48,901 nt of DNA from an uncultured Gammaproteobacteria bacterium (GCA_964388785.1 CAYMBX010000002.1:1-48901); one strand, 5' to 3'. Positions 15,804 through 23,862 are shown, counted from the stretch's first letter. A program made the numbers and translations. The notes: generated by a model from the letters alone, not told the origin.

Positions 15804-17030
15804 ATGAAGAAATTGGCCGCTTCGCAAGACGTCATTGGTGCCGTACGCGCGCTGCGCGATACTGGCAAGCTCATCTACGTCGCAACTACAGGTGCGATCG
15901 GAGGTCTCATGGAGAACCTCTGGCTCGTGCCGGGCGCTTCCGAGAATATCCTCGGCTCGATCTTCTGCTACAACCGCCGCGCGCTCGTTGATTTTCTGGG
16001 CTTCGAGCCTGTGTCGTTCTGCAGCTCGACGACTGCCGAAGAGATGGCGGCCCGTGCGTATTGGCACGGCATGGAGCTTGCGCGTCGTGACGGTCGTGAG
16101 AATCCCGACGTGATCGGCATCGGCATGACCGCCGCAGTGGCAACCGGTCGCGATCGCAAGGGCGCCGAGCGCGTGCACATCTGCGTGTACACACCCGACC
16201 GCGTCGAGAACCGATCGCACACGTTCGACAAGGAGCCGCCGGGTGCGAACGATGACAGTCGTCTCGCCCTGCGCGAAGGGCAGGGGCAGGCGTGCGACAT
16301 GATGACGCTCAACGCGCTTCTGTCGTTCGTGGGGATCCCGACCGTCGGCGTCTGCGCCGAGCTCGAGCGCACCGACGGCTCCGTGCTCTACCACCTGAGC
16401 GCATATGTGACCGGCAGCCGGTTCCCGTTCGGGCTGGTCGCCTGGAACGGGCGGGAGCCGGAAAGCGAACGTCAGGCATTCGACGAGATGCACTACCGTC
16501 CGTCACTCGACAAAGTGGCGGATCAGGTCATTCTCCTGCCCGGCTCGTTCGATCCGCTCCACCACGGCCACATCGGTCTCGCCGAGATGATCCAGAAGAT
16601 GACGGAACGTCTGGTCGTCTACGAGATGACCAACACCCATCCCAACAAGGGGATCATCTCCGCAGATGAGCTCGGTCGGCGTATGGAACAGTTCCGCGCA
16701 TTCGCGCCGGTCATCGTCGACGACAATGCGCCGCTCTACATCGACAAGGCCCGCCTGCACAAGGGTGTGCCGATGGTCATGGGTGCCGACGCTGCGCTCG
16801 AGCTCCTGGATTCACGGCACTACGGCGGGGACATCATGGAGCTCTACAAGGTGCTCGCTGAGTTCCAAGAGCTCGGCACCATGCTCTACGTGGTCGGGCG
16901 TCTGGTGAAGCGAACGGGCGCGTTCATGACGCTTAGCGATCTGCCCATCCCAGACCGCTTTCGCTCGATCTTCCGCGACGTCAGCTTCCGCGAAGACGTC
17001 GCCTCCTCGGACTTGCGCCTGGTCGCATAG
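15804..17030 (+). CDS. Fusion protein: divergent CinA/PncC-like (NMN deamidase fold) N-domain plus NadD-like nicotinate/nicotinamide-nucleotide adenylyltransferase C-domain
   Basis: N-domain: YVATTGAIGGLMENLWLVPGASENILGSIFCYN...IGIGMTAAVATG...RVHICVYT parallels PncC (TTAESCTGG...GSS...GFVTYSNEAK...ISGIAGP). C-domain: LLPGSFDPLHHGHIGLAEMI (HxGH) and a terminal VASSDLR (ISST-like). Confidence 0.6.
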   Translation: MKKLAASQDVIGAVRALRDTGKLIYVATTGAIGGLMENLWLVPGASENILGSIFCYNRRALVDFLGFEPVSFCSSTTAEEMAARAYWHGMELARRDGRENPDVIGIGMTAAVATGRDRKGAERVHICVYTPDRVENRSHTFDKEPPGANDDSRLALREGQGQACDMMTLNALLSFVGIPTVGVCAELERTDGSVLYHLSAYVTGSRFPFGLVAWNGREPESERQAFDEMHYRPSLDKVADQVILLPGSFDPLHHGHIGLAEMIQKMTERLVVYEMTNTHPNKGIISADELGRRMEQFRAFAPVIVDDNAPLYIDKARLHKGVPMVMGADAALELLDSRHYGGDIMELYKVLAEFQELGTMLYVVGRLVKRTGAFMTLSDLPIPDRFRSIFRDVSFREDVASSDLRLVA

Positions 17031-17037
17031 TTCCACT

Positions 17038-17062
17038 TCACAGGTTTGTCCTGTGATTTTTA
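17038..17062 (+). terminator. Rho-independent terminator
   Basis: TCACAGG-TTTGT-CCTGTGA followed by TTTTTATTT. Confidence 0.7.
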
Positions 17063-17070
17063 TTTATTCT

Positions 17071-17187
17071 GTCATCCTGAGGCCAGCTGAGCTGGCCGAG
17101 CGAGCGTTTGTCATTTCGCCGAGGGAACTCCAAGTTTCTCGGGATCCCTCCACTCACCGGTCATTTGACCGGTTCGGTCGGGATGAC
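17071..17187. repeat. Composite palindromic element bounded by GTCATCC / GGATGAC
   Basis: Outer arms at 17071-17077 and 17181-17187. Internal perfect hairpins GGCCAGC-TGA-GCTGGCC (17081-17097) and ACCGGTCA-TT-TGACCGGT (17156-17173). Begins with the GTCATCCTGAG motif also seen at 39948 and 39972. Confidence 0.7.
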
Positions 17188-17200
17188 AACAAAGTCACAT

Positions 17201-17224
17201 AAAAAAAGAAGGGCAGGATTGCCC
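17201..17224 (-). terminator. Rho-independent terminator of the lipoprotein gene
   Basis: Minus strand: GGGCA-ATCC-TGCCC followed by TTCTTTTTTT. Confidence 0.6.
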
Positions 17225-17547
17225 TAGTTGGTGTTGCGCGAGCCGCCGAAGATGGGTGCCACGGTCGGCTTGCAGCCACTCGTCGTGTCCGCAATCGATC
17301 CGTTGGCGCACTGGAGTGCCTTCTCCATCGACGGACCTTCCTGCGTCTCGCGAACGTTCGCGTTGCACGAGATGTAGCCATCACCGTCGGAATCGGAGCC
17401 CGCACAGCTTCCGCCGATGTAGATCCAGCCCATCTCCTCCACGTACTTCTTCATCTCCTTCTGTGCGTGCTCCTTGGAGCCGCGTCCACAGCCGGTCGAG
17501 ACCAGAACGGTAATCACGAGCCCGATGAGTATGAGTCCTTTGCGCAT
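17224..17547 (-). CDS. Small lipoprotein (107 aa) with 5 Cys beyond the lipobox, unknown function
   Basis: ATG 17547 is preceded by AGGAGG. Lipobox LVSTGC. Mature part is Asp/Gly/Cys-rich (GGSCAGSDSDGDGYISCNANV). Confidence 0.65.
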   Translation of the reverse strand: MRKGLILIGLVITVLVSTGCGRGSKEHAQKEMKKYVEEMGWIYIGGSCAGSDSDGDGYISCNANVRETQEGPSMEKALQCANGSIADTTSGCKPTVAPIFGGSRNTN

Positions 17548-17592
17548 GGCGGATAGCCTCCTTCTGGTTTGAGTACACCAACACGCGGCTGG

Positions 17593-17621
17593 ATTCTTGC
17601 AGTTTTTCCTGAAAATGTCAA
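17593..17621 (-). promoter_or_regulatory. Sigma-70-type promoter of the lipoprotein gene
   Basis: Minus strand: TTGACA, 17 nt, AAGAAT. Confidence 0.5.
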
Positions 17622-17641
17622 GGAATATGTGATAGGCTGGC

Positions 17642-17670
17642 TTGACCAAAAGAGAAGTTTAATGTACGTT
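17642..17670 (+). promoter_or_regulatory. Sigma-70-type promoter, divergent from the lipoprotein promoter
   Basis: TTGACC, 17 nt, TACGTT. Confidence 0.45.
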
Positions 17671-17736
17671 CATTCCTCAGGATTTTCTTGAGGCCGAGCA
17701 TGGCGGCTGTCCGTGCGGGTGAGGTCGAAGGACGTT

Positions 17737-18105
17737 ATGCATTCTGATGATTCGACTCTGTTTGACGAGGTAGGAACACGGTTGGTACAGGGGAGGCTGT
17801 TCCTCCGACCGGTCCCTCCCGTCCCCGGACGTGAAGATATGCCCCGCACGCTCATCATGGGAGTCGTCGTAGGCGAACAGCTCGTCCTTGATCCCGATGT
17901 CGAGGAGATGATCGAAGTCGAGGTTGAACTACGCGTCAGAAGGCGATTTCGCGACACCATGAGACAGTTCATCGAGCACAGCCACGGCAGCGTGCTGATG
18001 GAATACAACGACGAGCAGCGCTACGGCCAGGTCTGTGAGGCTGACGGCAAAGTGCTGACCGAACGCAAGCCTCGCCAGAGAGGTTCCCTCAAGAAACAAG
18101 CCTGA
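17737..18105 (+). CDS. Hypothetical acidic protein (122 aa from ATG 17737; GTG 17713 is an alternative start)
   Basis: G+C-rich ORF with GAAGGA before ATG 17737 and its own terminator. No motif recognised. Confidence 0.45.
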   Translation: MHSDDSTLFDEVGTRLVQGRLFLRPVPPVPGREDMPRTLIMGVVVGEQLVLDPDVEEMIEVEVELRVRRRFRDTMRQFIEHSHGSVLMEYNDEQRYGQVCEADGKVLTERKPRQRGSLKKQA

Positions 18106-18110
18106 CACGG

Positions 18111-18132
18111 TCGTCCAAAAGGACGATTTTTT
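18111..18132 (+). terminator. Rho-independent terminator
   Basis: TCGTCC-AAAA-GGACGA followed by TTTTTT. Confidence 0.7.
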
Positions 18133-18163
18133 AAAAGCACCTTCACAAAGGAAGGAGATAGCA

Positions 18164-18889
18164 ATGGGAATTGACCTGATTCTGACCCCGTTTAGTCAGA
18201 CGGACGAAGGCGGACGCCTGCTGGATTTGGCGGATCGACTGGCCGAGAAGATCGGGGTTGGTTCGTTCGCACTCGCGGACGTCCCGCTCGGGGAACGAAC
18301 ACAAGAAGTCGTCAAGCGCATACAAGCCCTTCGTGGGTTACGAGTCGTCTATGGCCGCGCCTCAGCGGTTCCGGCAAAGTCCGGGACGCTGTTCATCTCC
18401 AGCGATCCGGTCGACCGTGACGATCTTCTGATCTTAACGCCGGCGGGAGAAACCGAGATCATCCTCTCCTCGGATCGTTGCATGATGATCCCGTTCGGTT
18501 CCCGTGAATCGGGACAGTTCGCGGCGAGACACGCGCTTCCAATCGCCCGACAGATGCGCTTACCGGTTCTCTTTTACCACACCACTTGGAGGAATCCCTC
18601 GGTCGCGGAGCGCCAGCCGAATGCTCATATGGATCCTGGCGCGCGTGCGGTCCTCACAGAGATCACAGAACAGGCAAGTCGTCATCGCGTGAACAGTCGT
18701 GTCGTGGTTGAGTTCGCGGACGATGTCGTCTACGGGATCATCCTGGCGGCCATTCGCGAACGGGCGTCCGTGATCGCTACCGCGCGGGGACTGGAAGTCG
18801 AGCGCGGAAGCTATGCGGAGCGTCTCGTCCGTATGAGCCCGGTGCCGGTTCTGACGGTTGGTCGCAACATCAAGGAGGAGACGCGATGA
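18164..18889 (+). CDS. Two-domain protein with a C-terminal universal stress protein (UspA)-like domain
   Basis: AAGGAGA SD. The C-terminal half (MMIPFGSRESGQFAARHALPIARQMRLPVLFYHT...ASVIATARG...GSYAERLVRMSPVPVLTV) follows the Usp pattern. ATGA overlap with the next gene. Confidence 0.5.
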   Translation: MGIDLILTPFSQTDEGGRLLDLADRLAEKIGVGSFALADVPLGERTQEVVKRIQALRGLRVVYGRASAVPAKSGTLFISSDPVDRDDLLILTPAGETEIILSSDRCMMIPFGSRESGQFAARHALPIARQMRLPVLFYHTTWRNPSVAERQPNAHMDPGARAVLTEITEQASRHRVNSRVVVEFADDVVYGIILAAIRERASVIATARGLEVERGSYAERLVRMSPVPVLTVGRNIKEETR

Positions 18890-20106
18890 AAGGCTTCTTC
18901 CAGAATCCGTACACCGTCATGGGTGTTGTCCTCGCCATGTACGCCGTGAAGGTGGCGGTGAAGCTCATCGTCGGCCACGAGATCAACTCGCCGGTTTTGA
19001 TCGGTGACGGCTTCCACAACGCCGCAGACATCTTCGAGGCACTGCTGGTAATCGCCACGATCTTCTTCTCACGCCTGCCGGATAGCACCCGCTATCCCTT
19101 CGGACGCAAGAACATCGAAAGTCTCTTCTCAGTGGCGGTCGGGCTCGGTCTGTGTCTCATGGCTCTGCGTATTTCACTCGACTCGATCGTTATCCTGGGT
19201 CGACTCGGCGCTTATTGGATCGGTTTTGCCGAGCAAACGGTGAACATCCCGCTCAAGATGGGTGGTCCCTACGGCTGGCTTGCGGCCGGCGTCATGCTCG
19301 GAAGCGCACTGCTTTCCATAAACGTAAGCGCGTATCAGGTACGCATTGGCCGGAAGACCGGGCACCAAGCCTTGGTCGCGGACGGGGAAGAGACGCGCAG
19401 CGACGGCCTCATCGAGACCGCGGCGTTTGCCGGCATCTGCGGCCAATACCTCTTTGGCGTGGCTTGGATGGAGTACGTGATCGCGCTGGTGATCGCCGGC
19501 TTCATGGTTCGGACCGGATGGGAGATCTTCCATCGAGGTCTCGGCGCGCTTCTCCAACGCTCAATCGGGGACGAACACGAGGCGGCGATCCGACAGATCG
19601 TTGAGCGTGTCCCGGGCGTTCGGTCTGTGGCTCAGATCAAGACCTTCCAGACCGGCGAGAAAGTAATCATCATTCTGAAGTTGATCACCATGTCCGACGC
19701 GCATGCCCAGCGCCTGCTCAAGCATGGCATGGTTCCGCTCATCGCCGGATACTTGGCTGAGCAGGAGTTCAGAGACGGGGAGTTTTTTATCCGTTTCGAC
19801 CGACCGGATGCAAAGCGATATCGCACAGCGATCGCACTGCGTAAGGTCGGGGACGGATACGAGATCGCTGACGGCATCGCAGACGCGACACACGTCGCGG
19901 TCTGCGACCATGAGTTCGGAAAGATCGTTCGGGTGACCATACACCCGGCGTATCTCCAGCTCGACGACCTCGTGCGTTTCCTTGCGGTGAAGCGTGTCCG
20001 CACGCTTTTCGTCTTCAACCCAGAGCTCGATCAAGATCGGATTCCAAACACCGACATCGAGCTCGCGATGGCTCTTTCTTTCGTTCCCGCTTCACTTGGC
20101 ATGTGA
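18886..20106 (+). CDS. Cation diffusion facilitator (CDF) family transporter with a roughly 110-aa extra C-terminal domain
   Basis: Six TMs, with SPVLIGDGFHNAADIFEAL and RYPFGRKNIESLFS typical of CDF/FieF. Cytoplasmic domain (IRQIVERVPGVRSVAQIKTFQTGEKVIIIL) followed by an unassigned extension. Confidence 0.7.
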   Translation: MKGFFQNPYTVMGVVLAMYAVKVAVKLIVGHEINSPVLIGDGFHNAADIFEALLVIATIFFSRLPDSTRYPFGRKNIESLFSVAVGLGLCLMALRISLDSIVILGRLGAYWIGFAEQTVNIPLKMGGPYGWLAAGVMLGSALLSINVSAYQVRIGRKTGHQALVADGEETRSDGLIETAAFAGICGQYLFGVAWMEYVIALVIAGFMVRTGWEIFHRGLGALLQRSIGDEHEAAIRQIVERVPGVRSVAQIKTFQTGEKVIIILKLITMSDAHAQRLLKHGMVPLIAGYLAEQEFRDGEFFIRFDRPDAKRYRTAIALRKVGDGYEIADGIADATHVAVCDHEFGKIVRVTIHPAYLQLDDLVRFLAVKRVRTLFVFNPELDQDRIPNTDIELAMALSFVPASLGM

Positions 20107-20119
20107 GCGGGATTTTTGA

Positions 20120-20148
20120 TTGACAAGCAGAGCTTTTTCCTGTACATT
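20120..20148 (+). promoter_or_regulatory. Sigma-70-type promoter of the TPM-domain gene
   Basis: TTGACA, 17 nt, TACATT. Confidence 0.5.
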
Positions 20149-20216
20149 TTTTCCTCTTTTGCACGTTCGTGCATGAGGGAAAACGCACCATTTACTGGTA
20201 CAAGGAGATCGAGTCC

Positions 20217-22772
20217 ATGAGAGCTTTCTTGGCGATACTGAGCCTGCTGGCCGTTGTTTCGACGGCTCAGGCCGGCCCGCTTCCCGCGCCACAGGTTCAC
20301 CCCGGTCGGTTCGTCTACACGATCCCCGGGCATTTCGATCCACCGCTCATCGGACGTGACGGGATCGAAGAGATCCAGGCCGCGCTTTCGGATCTGCACT
20401 ATCCGTACTACGTGGTGCTGGTCGATCGCATTCATGGACCAACCGACGAGCATGCCGCACAGGCGATCGACGGGCTGGTCGAGGACTGGCAGACACAGCG
20501 CGGTTTCGATGTCGCGAAGTCCTCCATCTTCCTGCTGGCTTACGGACCGGAGCGCAAATACCGCTTCTTGGCAGGTGGACGATGGAAGTCGGAACTCGGT
20601 TTCGAGCGCGAGGCTCACAGACCCTACACGCGCATCTTCGAAGAAGCTGTGAAGGGAACTCCCAAAGATCCCAAGGGCGGCATCATCCGCATGGCTCGTG
20701 CCGTGGACGCCTTCCTCTTCGACCAGACCGATCCGGTCCGGATCGCAGAGCGCAGGGCACAGGCCGAGCGTGAGGCGCGTGAACGACAGCAGCGCGAAGC
20801 GCGAGCTGCGCTGGGAGAGCAGATCGGTCGGATGGAACGTCTGCTCAAGAAGACCGATGCGCTCCCCGCGGATGTGAGTGCTCAGAAGGGCGCTCTCGCG
20901 CATGCCCGAGAGATCTGGAACACCGATGACACGGTTGCGATGGGTAACGAGGCCACTGCCTTCAAGCCCGTCGTCGACGAGCTTGATCGTCTCGTGACTG
21001 CCAAGGAGCGGGAGCTGTTCTGGCAGGGTTTCTGGAACTTCGTGTTTTGGTTGACGATCGTTCTGATCATTCTGGGGCTGGTCTTTTGGCTGGTCCTACG
21101 AAGTCGCAAACTCGGGCGTCTGCGTTCAGAGCTCGAGAAGACGCTCGAAACTTGGCGCACGAAGATTCAACGTGCGAGTGCTCGCTACGTCGAGTTCTTC
21201 GGCGAGCGGGACGACATCATGCTGCTACATGATCAGGCAAAAGGCGAGACCGCCGCGCTGCTCAAGAGCGTCACCGATCAGGTCAACAGCATCTTCGTCG
21301 ACGTCCAAGCAATGGAGCAGCACATCACTGAAATCGCCGGGAAGGCGGCGGCTGCGCATTTATTCAACCACGCCCCGCTCATTGCTGCCCTGACGGACCT
21401 GGATGAGCCCTTCGACTTCGACACTGGAGTTCTCAATCCCCACGATCTGTTCGGGGCCGAGACGAAGACCGTCCGCGTGTCGCCGTCCGGGCTTGAGCGT
21501 GATCTGCAGAAGCGATTCGAGAAGGCGATGGAAGGTTGGGGGGAGCTCAAGCAAGCCGCCGAGCTTCAGAGCACGATCGCCGAGGATCATCTCACTCAGG
21601 ATGAGCTCGATGAGCTGTTTGCACAAGCCGACCGCAACGGGATCCCGCGGCGCTGGCTACGTGAGCATCCGCTCTTCGGGGACGATCAGGCCGACGCGGT
21701 CTTCTACGAGCAACTGAACGCGTTGCGCCTGACCGATCCGCTCAAGTTCAAGCGCGAGATCAGTCGCTTCGATGCACTGGAGGAACAGATCGGCGAGCGT
21801 CTCGATGCCTTCTGCAACCTGCTCGCGCAGGTGCGCGAAGTGAAGCGAGATCGGTTCGAGAGTTTGGGGGTGGTGATCGGGAGTGATGACGACCCGAACC
21901 TTACCCTGGATCAGGCACGAACGGCCGAGGACGAACTCGCGAGTGTGCTTCACACGAGTGATACACCCGATGACGTGTACCTGCAGATTCGCCGTGTACA
22001 CGAACTCTACAAGAAGGCGATCGCGCAAGACGCAGCGATTCGTAGCGCGATCGAGCGTCTTGACGGAGTGATCCAGTCGGCGGAGGAGGTGCTTGAGACG
22101 GCACAGACCGACGCGAGAACGGCACAGGACACGCACGAAGCCGCGGTGAAGATCCACAGCAAGGTGGAGTCGCAGTCGTCCATCACGGCCGGCAACGAGA
22201 AGATCGAGACGGGCAGACGCCATCTTGTCCGTGCTCGTGAGCTCAGAAGTACCTCACGTCTGCTCGATGCACTGCGTGCGGCCGAGTCGGCTAAGGTGTC
22301 CTTTGCGGATGCCACCAAGCAGTTCAGCCTCGCAGTCAAGCACTGTGAAGGTCTGGACAAGAAGAAGGCGGAGTTCGAGAAGGAACTCAAGCGGATGGCC
22401 GCAGTGCGCGAGGAGGCGGAGCGCAAGATCCGGGGCTACGGAGGGGTGACCTCTCGTCTCGAAACGTACAGCTCGCCGACGATCAACGGCGTGGCCAACT
22501 ACGCACTGCTGTACGCGGCCATCGAAACGCAGCAGCGGCAGTGGGACGACGAGGTGCGCAGCGCCAAGCGGGCGCACGAAGAGCGTGAAGCCGCGAGGCG
22601 CCGCGCGGAGGAGGAAGAGCGGCGTCGCGAAGCTGCACGTCGACGCGAAGAGGAGCGCCGGCGGAGCTCCTACTCGTCTTCCTCTGGGAGTTCCTGGGGC
22701 GGGGGCGGTAGCTCTTCGTCCGGCGGCTCCTGGGGCGGGGGCGGCAGTTCTTCTTCCGGAGGAAGCTGGTAG
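20217..22772 (+). CDS. Large bitopic protein: signal peptide, TPM-like domain, TM, about 560-aa coiled-coil region, Arg/Glu-rich stretch and Gly/Ser/Trp repeat tail
   Basis: ATG 20217 after AAGGAG. Signal peptide MRAFLAILSLLAVVSTAQA. TPM-like YYVVLVDRIHGPTDEHAAQAIDGLVEDWQ...SSIFLLAYGPERKYRFLAGG. TM at FVFWLTIVLIILGLVFWLVL. Tail SSSGSSWGGGGSSSSGGSWGGGGSSSSGGSW, as in YgcG-type TPM proteins. Confidence 0.6.
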   Translation: MRAFLAILSLLAVVSTAQAGPLPAPQVHPGRFVYTIPGHFDPPLIGRDGIEEIQAALSDLHYPYYVVLVDRIHGPTDEHAAQAIDGLVEDWQTQRGFDVAKSSIFLLAYGPERKYRFLAGGRWKSELGFEREAHRPYTRIFEEAVKGTPKDPKGGIIRMARAVDAFLFDQTDPVRIAERRAQAEREARERQQREARAALGEQIGRMERLLKKTDALPADVSAQKGALAHAREIWNTDDTVAMGNEATAFKPVVDELDRLVTAKERELFWQGFWNFVFWLTIVLIILGLVFWLVLRSRKLGRLRSELEKTLETWRTKIQRASARYVEFFGERDDIMLLHDQAKGETAALLKSVTDQVNSIFVDVQAMEQHITEIAGKAAAAHLFNHAPLIAALTDLDEPFDFDTGVLNPHDLFGAETKTVRVSPSGLERDLQKRFEKAMEGWGELKQAAELQSTIAEDHLTQDELDELFAQADRNGIPRRWLREHPLFGDDQADAVFYEQLNALRLTDPLKFKREISRFDALEEQIGERLDAFCNLLAQVREVKRDRFESLGVVIGSDDDPNLTLDQARTAEDELASVLHTSDTPDDVYLQIRRVHELYKKAIAQDAAIRSAIERLDGVIQSAEEVLETAQTDARTAQDTHEAAVKIHSKVESQSSITAGNEKIETGRRHLVRARELRSTSRLLDALRAAESAKVSFADATKQFSLAVKHCEGLDKKKAEFEKELKRMAAVREEAERKIRGYGGVTSRLETYSSPTINGVANYALLYAAIETQQRQWDDEVRSAKRAHEEREAARRRAEEEERRREAARRREEERRRSSYSSSSGSSWGGGGSSSSGGSWGGGGSSSSGGSW
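22691..22769 (+). repeat. In-frame tandem repeat (36-nt unit, about 2.2 copies) encoding SWGGGGSSSSGG
   Basis: TCCTGGGGCGGGGGCGGTAGCTCTTCGTCCGGCGGC, then TCCTGGGGCGGGGGCGGCAGTTCTTCTTCCGGAGGAAGC. Confidence 0.9.
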
Positions 22773-22789
22773 TCCACCAGCAGCAACAT

Positions 22790-22817
22790 CCAGCGACAAT
22801 ACGGTCGCTGGTTTTTT
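22790..22817 (+). terminator. Rho-independent terminator of the TPM-domain gene
   Basis: CCAGCGAC-AATACG-GTCGCTGG followed by TTTTTT. Confidence 0.7.
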
Positions 22818-22835
22818 GATGTAAATGGCATGCGA

Positions 22836-22865
22836 ATAAAAAACGGACAAGAGTCTACTTGTCCG
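22836..22865 (-). terminator. Rho-independent terminator of the minus-strand four-gene operon
   Basis: Minus strand: CGGACAAG-TAGACT-CTTGTCCG followed by TTTTTTAT. The stem includes the last codons and the stop of the vWA gene. Confidence 0.65.
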
Positions 22866-23862
22866 GAAGAAGAGAGTGGGTGCCGGGGCCGTGCGGCGTT
22901 GTGAGAGATCCTTTGTCCTCTCCGATCAGGGCGATGCTCGCGAGCACGCTCTGGACGTTTGCGGCTCCGTGTCGAGTCGGGAGCTGACGCGATTTCAGAT
23001 GAGAGGTGAACAGATCGAGCTGCCCCGTCTTTGCAGCGATCGTTCCGAGCATGACGTCGACGATGCGTCGTGCGTCCGAGATTGGCACGATCGATTCGTC
23101 CCGCGAAAGCATGTGTTCCCAGTAGGGACGGATCTGTGCGTGTTCGGGACGTCCTTTGTAGGCGTTGGTCTCGAACAGAAGGGTCAGCACATGCATCCGT
23201 CGTTCGAGGGCCCGGAAGACCGCCTGTGCCTGGCTGTACTCCGCATCGAGTTCGAGATCCAGCCAACGCTTTGTCAGTCGCGGATCGACGTGTGCGCATC
23301 CCGCTTCGTCTGTGATGAACCAGACGTAAGCGTGCTGGGCCGTGCGCGTGTCTACCTGCTTGAGCAAGTAGTAGGCAACCAGTTCAGGCGTCTCCGAACC
23401 CTGGCCGCCGCCTCCGCAGTTCAGCGAGAACGACGTCAGTATGCCATCGAGTTCGGCCCCGCGGCCGAAGCGTGCGATCTGTACTGCGTGTTCGTCAGTG
23501 CGAGCGTCTCCGAAGACGATGAACAGAATTTCTGTGTCATCGCTGCCCAGGTATGTGCACGCTTCCTCGTACATGAGTGGAAGACGACGGAAGATTTCTT
23601 TGGGATTGTCGCCCATGGAACCGGTCACATCCGTGATGACGATCAGGACGTTTCGTGCGCTGCTCTTCAGGGTGTGTGTTGCCGTCGGGATCGACTGGAT
23701 CCCCGTCTGATGTGTGGCCTGCGCAAAGCTCACGCGCGACGGTTGCGGTGTGGCCGGCCGTTGGTAGATATTTTTGGCGTCTGAGAATCCACCCATCGCT
23801 GTATGACGCGTTGGCGCGCTCTGATTGTCATCGTTTCTGGCCCAACCAAATGCTCCACTCAT
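22855..23862 (-). CDS. von Willebrand factor type A (vWA) domain protein
   Basis: MIDAS-like VLIVITDVTGSMG (DxTxS), later GGGGQGSETPE and WFITDEAG. About 70-aa low-complexity N-terminus. Start overlaps the kinase stop (ATGA). Confidence 0.7.
   Translation of the reverse strand: MSGAFGWARNDDNQSAPTRHTAMGGFSDAKNIYQRPATPQPSRVSFAQATHQTGIQSIPTATHTLKSSARNVLIVITDVTGSMGDNPKEIFRRLPLMYEEACTYLGSDDTEILFIVFGDARTDEHAVQIARFGRGAELDGILTSFSLNCGGGGQGSETPELVAYYLLKQVDTRTAQHAYVWFITDEAGCAHVDPRLTKRWLDLELDAEYSQAQAVFRALERRMHVLTLLFETNAYKGRPEHAQIRPYWEHMLSRDESIVPISDARRIVDVMLGTIAAKTGQLDLFTSHLKSRQLPTRHGAANVQSVLASIALIGEDKGSLTTPHGPGTHSLLPDK

Noticed and set aside
14371-16493. Antisense ORFs 14371..15171 (-, 266 aa) and 15687..16493 (-, 268 aa)
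   Set aside because: They lie opposite the SDR and PncC-NadD genes, have no motifs, are Arg/Asp/His-rich, and cross AT-rich promoter and terminator spacers. They look like G+C-driven stop-codon depletion artefacts.
22691-22769. Possible CRISPR-like or minisatellite array (36-nt direct repeats)
   Set aside because: The repeats are contiguous with no spacers, in frame, and encode the Gly/Ser/Trp tail of the TPM protein. No cas genes are present in the window.
20031-23784. ORFs 20031..20903 (-), 21657..22223 (-), 22254..22850 (-), 22670..23299 (-) and 22876..23784 (+)
   Set aside because: All overlap better-supported genes (CDF, TPM, vWA) in other frames or on the other strand. They lack start-site signals and recognisable domains.
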